Assembly: GCA_026770705.1 (NCBI GenBank)
Contig: JANJGN010000029.1
Coordinates: forward strand, 28,148,001 to 28,212,000
From: Isurus oxyrinchus
Taxonomy: Eukaryota
Direction of reading: 5' to 3'
Length of the DNA: 64,000 nt
Shown: in pieces, positions 61,447 to 64,000 of the stretch
Position numbering within the stretch: the first letter of the stretch is position 1
How the letters are laid out: each line of letters starts with the position of its first letter
Notes under the pieces: generated by a model
What the model saw: the letters and a program-made list of their open reading frames with translations, nothing else
The model's database searches: none
What the model was told of the DNA's origin: nothing
Translations under genes and position numbers: made by a program

Positions 61447-62262
61447 AATGGGGACATTAAGTGTAGCAAGCAGGACAAGCTAGTGGCAGATGGCCCTAGT
61501 AGGGGTGGGGTGGGGGGAAGGGATCAAAATGGGGTAAAAGGTGGAGATAAAACAATAGATAAAAATAAATTTAAAAATAGGTGGGAAAAGAAAATTATAT
61601 TTGGTTAAAAATGATAAATTATTGGAAAAAGGGGGATCGGAAAGGGGGTGGGGATGGAGGAGAGTGCTCATGATCTGAAATTGTTGAACTCAATATTCAG
61701 TCCGGAAGGCTGTAAAGTGCCTAGTCGGAAAATGAGGTGCTGTTCCTCCAGTTTGCGTTGAGCTTCACTGGAACAATGCAGCAAGTCAAGGATGGACATG
61801 TGGGCATGAGAGTAGGGTGGTTTGTTGAAATGGCAAGCGACAAGGAGGCCAGAGTCATGCTTGCAGACAGACCAAAGGTGATCCCTTCCCTCCACCCCAC
61901 CCCCATAAGGGCCATCTGCCACTAGCTTGTCCTGCTTGCTACCCTTAATGTCCCCATTAGCACATTCCTTAGATAATACCACCACCATCAACACCCCTTT
62001 GTCCTTTTGTCTATGACATCTTTGGCAATCTCTTCTTGGCCTCCACCTATCACTGGCCCCCTATCAAGCTCTACCTGTCCCACCCCCCTCTACCAGCTTA
62101 TATTTCACCTCATTTCTCTATTTCCTTAGTTCTGATGAAGAGTCATACGGACTTGAAACGTTAACTGTATTTCTCTCTGCAGATGCTGCCAGACCTGCTG
62201 AGTTTTTCCAGGTATTTTTGTTTTTGTTTCAGATTTCCAGCATCCGCAGTATTTTGCTTTTA
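61447..62262. mobile_element. Penelope-like element with inverted 5' segment
   Basis: Minus GIY-YIG C-terminus [36 protein letters not shown]; inverted duplication 61447-61523 / 61882-61958; plus-strand pLTR. Confidence 0.85.
62128..62166 (+). ncRNA. Minimal type I hammerhead ribozyme motif with canonical core
   Basis: AGUU-CUGAUGA-A-GAGUC-AUACG-GACUU-GAAAC-GUU-AACU; palindromic AACGUU at stem III. Confidence 0.7.
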
Positions 62263-62675
62263 TATCAGTCAATTACTGCCCAAGCAACCTCCTCCAATCA
62301 TCAGTAAAGTGATGGAAGGTATCATTGACATTGCTGTTAAGAGGCACTTTTACACAACAATGACCTGCTCACTGACACCCAGTTTGGGTTCCGCCAGGGC
62401 CACTCAGCTCCTGACCTCATTACAGCCTTGGTCCAAACATGGACAAAAGAGCTGATCTCCCAAGGTGAGGTGAGAGTGGCAGAATTTGACCAAGTGTTGC
62501 ATCAAGGACCCCTAGCAAAACTGGAGTCAATGGGAATCAGGTGGAAAACTCTCCACTGGTTGGAGTCATACCTAGCAAAAGGAAGATGGTTGTGGTTGTT
62601 GGAGGTCAATCATCTCAACCCCAGGGCATCACTGCAGGAGTTTCTCAGATAGGCCCAAACATAATTTGTGCTCAG

Positions 62676-62747
62676 TCTGCCTTAGTATTGTGGTTGGTAT
62701 CTCAGCCTATCACGTGGGAGACCAGGGTTCATTTCCTTGATGGGGTG
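62676..62747 (+). pseudogene. tRNA-Asp-derived pseudogene (anticodon GTC>ATC)
   Basis: Colinear with vertebrate tRNA-Asp(GTC) TCCTCGTTAGTATAGTGG...CCTGTCACGCGGGAGACCGGGGTTCGATTCCCCGACGGGGAG, with many CpG-type substitutions. Confidence 0.8.
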
Positions 62748-62769
62748 AAGCCCAATTCTTTATTGGGGG

Positions 62770-63157
62770 GAGGGTGGTGTAGTGGTAATGTCTCTGATTA
62801 GTAATCCAGATGACTAGGCTAATACTCTTGGAACAAGGGTTCAAATCCCACCATAGCAGCTGGTGGAATTTAATTTCAATAAATAAATCTGGAATATAAA
62901 GTTAGTCTCAGTAAAGGTGACCATGAAACTATCACTGATTTTTGAAAAAACCCATCTGGTTCATGAATGATCTTTATATATGGAAATCTGCCTTACCCAG
63001 TCTGGCCTACATATATTTCCAGACTCTCAGTAATGTTGTTGACTCTTAACTGCACTCTGAAATGGCCTATCAAACTACTCCATTCAAGGGCAATCAGGGA
63101 TGGGTAACAAATACTGGCCTTGCCAGTGAAGCCCCCATCCCATGAATGATTAAAAGG
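62770..63157 (+). mobile_element. Full-length tRNA-headed SINE
   Basis: A box tggtgtagtgg, B box ggttcaaatcc, body and LINE-type tail. Confidence 0.85.
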
Positions 63158-63697
63158 ATCAGCTGCTTCATCAATGACCTTCCCTCCATCATGTAGTCAG
63201 AAATGGAGATGTTTTGATGGAATCTGTGGTTTCAAATCTTGTGGTTTTTCAGACAACTCCTTAATGAAAACAAAAAACAAGAAAGGAAACTGACCCTTCT
63301 AGTTCTCAGGAAACCAGAACTGCTGGGCAGTTGGGAACCGGCTGAAACTATATAAAAGGACAGAGCCATCCAAGCTCATTGTAGTTAATGAGCCCAGTGA
63401 GGCAGTGCAGACAAGCTGTAGAAGACAGAGGCAAGGTCCAGGAGCTGAGAATAAGTAGCTGTAGCTGTTTCAGTTACCTGAAGATAGCATTGGTGGGTCT
63501 ACACTATCCAGACAGAGTTGAGGATGGTCTGCAGATGTGTGCCATTTCTGGTGAAGATCATGCTCATGAAACTCAGGATAGTTTAGCGCTGCCCACGGCT
63601 GGGGATCAGACTAACTCCTAGAAGGAGAAGAGCTGAAATTCTTTGTGGGAAAGAGTTCTAAAGGACTGTGTGACTGAGTTTGATTATCTACTTTTTA

Positions 63698-64000
63698 AAA
63701 TTCATTCATGGGATGTGGGCTTCGCTGGCTGGGCCAGCATTTATTGCCCATCCCTAATTGCCCTTGAGAAGCTGGTGGTAAGCTGCCTTCTTCAATCGCT
63801 GCTGTCACTACGGTGTAGGTACACCCACAGTGCTGTTAGGGAGTTCCAGGATTTTGACCCAGTGGCAGTGAAGGAACAGCGGTATATTTCCAAGTCAGGA
63901 TGGTGAGTGTCTTAGAGGAAAACTTGTAGGTGGTGATGTTCCCTTGTCCTTCTAGATGGTAGCAATTGTGTGTTTGGAAGGTGCTGCTTAAGGAGCCTTG
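63698..64000 (-). mobile_element. LINE 3' end (family of 5672-7986), runs off the window
   Basis: attcattcatgggatgtgggc...cagcatttattgcccatccctaattgccc. Confidence 0.8.

Larger units (their letters stand above)
60890..63215 (+). mobile_element. Internally deleted LINE with a SINE-like tRNA-derived 5' end, interrupted by Penelope and a tRNA-Asp/SINE insertion
   Basis: SINE head and body run into LINE 5' sequence and APE start (KQQPDIVIL); RT pieces at 62265-62660 and 63158-63215. Confidence 0.65.

Noticed and set aside
62676-62747. Functional tRNA-Asp gene
   Set aside because: Acceptor stem and B box are degraded, the anticodon is mutated, and it is embedded in a retroelement.
63245-63690. 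TATA box (tatataaaag near 63350) as the promoter of a second gene
   Set aside because: No downstream exon is recognisable; the context suggests an LTR-like fragment between LINE pieces.
1-64000. CRISPR arrays, rRNA genes or prokaryotic operons
   Set aside because: None seen; the sequence is vertebrate intron/exon and transposon DNA.

Overview
Eukaryotic, repeat-dense genomic DNA whose repeat content (CR1/L2 LINEs, tRNA-headed SINEs, Penelope-like elements, Harbinger elements, Gypsy LTR elements) points to a cartilaginous fish, most likely a shark (inference; species not determined). One host gene is present on the minus strand: an 8-exon, about 38-kb ICAM-family type I membrane protein (signal peptide, six Ig domains, TM and short KGSY tail; 643 aa as assembled by hand; all introns phase 1). 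Notable points: (i) ICAM-type D1 with CxxxC/CxxxC and an acidic residue at the integrin-binding position, in a six-domain architecture; (ii) the splice acceptor of the fifth Ig exon reads AA instead of AG; (iii) a compact proximal promoter with NF-kB, ETS, KLF and ISRE-like motifs, bounded by an LTR; (iv) at least seven Penelope pLTR loci with minimal hammerhead-ribozyme motifs, one forming a perfect 86-bp inverted repeat in the probable 3' UTR, and a recurrent CUGUCGA core variant; (v) a SINE sharing both 5' and 3' ends with its partner LINE, a tRNA-Asp+SINE composite insertion, a Gmr1-type LTR element, and a micro-inversion between inverted MITEs. Most ORFs in the supplied track are TE debris. 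Repeat boundaries are approximate unless a TSD, TIR or LTR end is cited.
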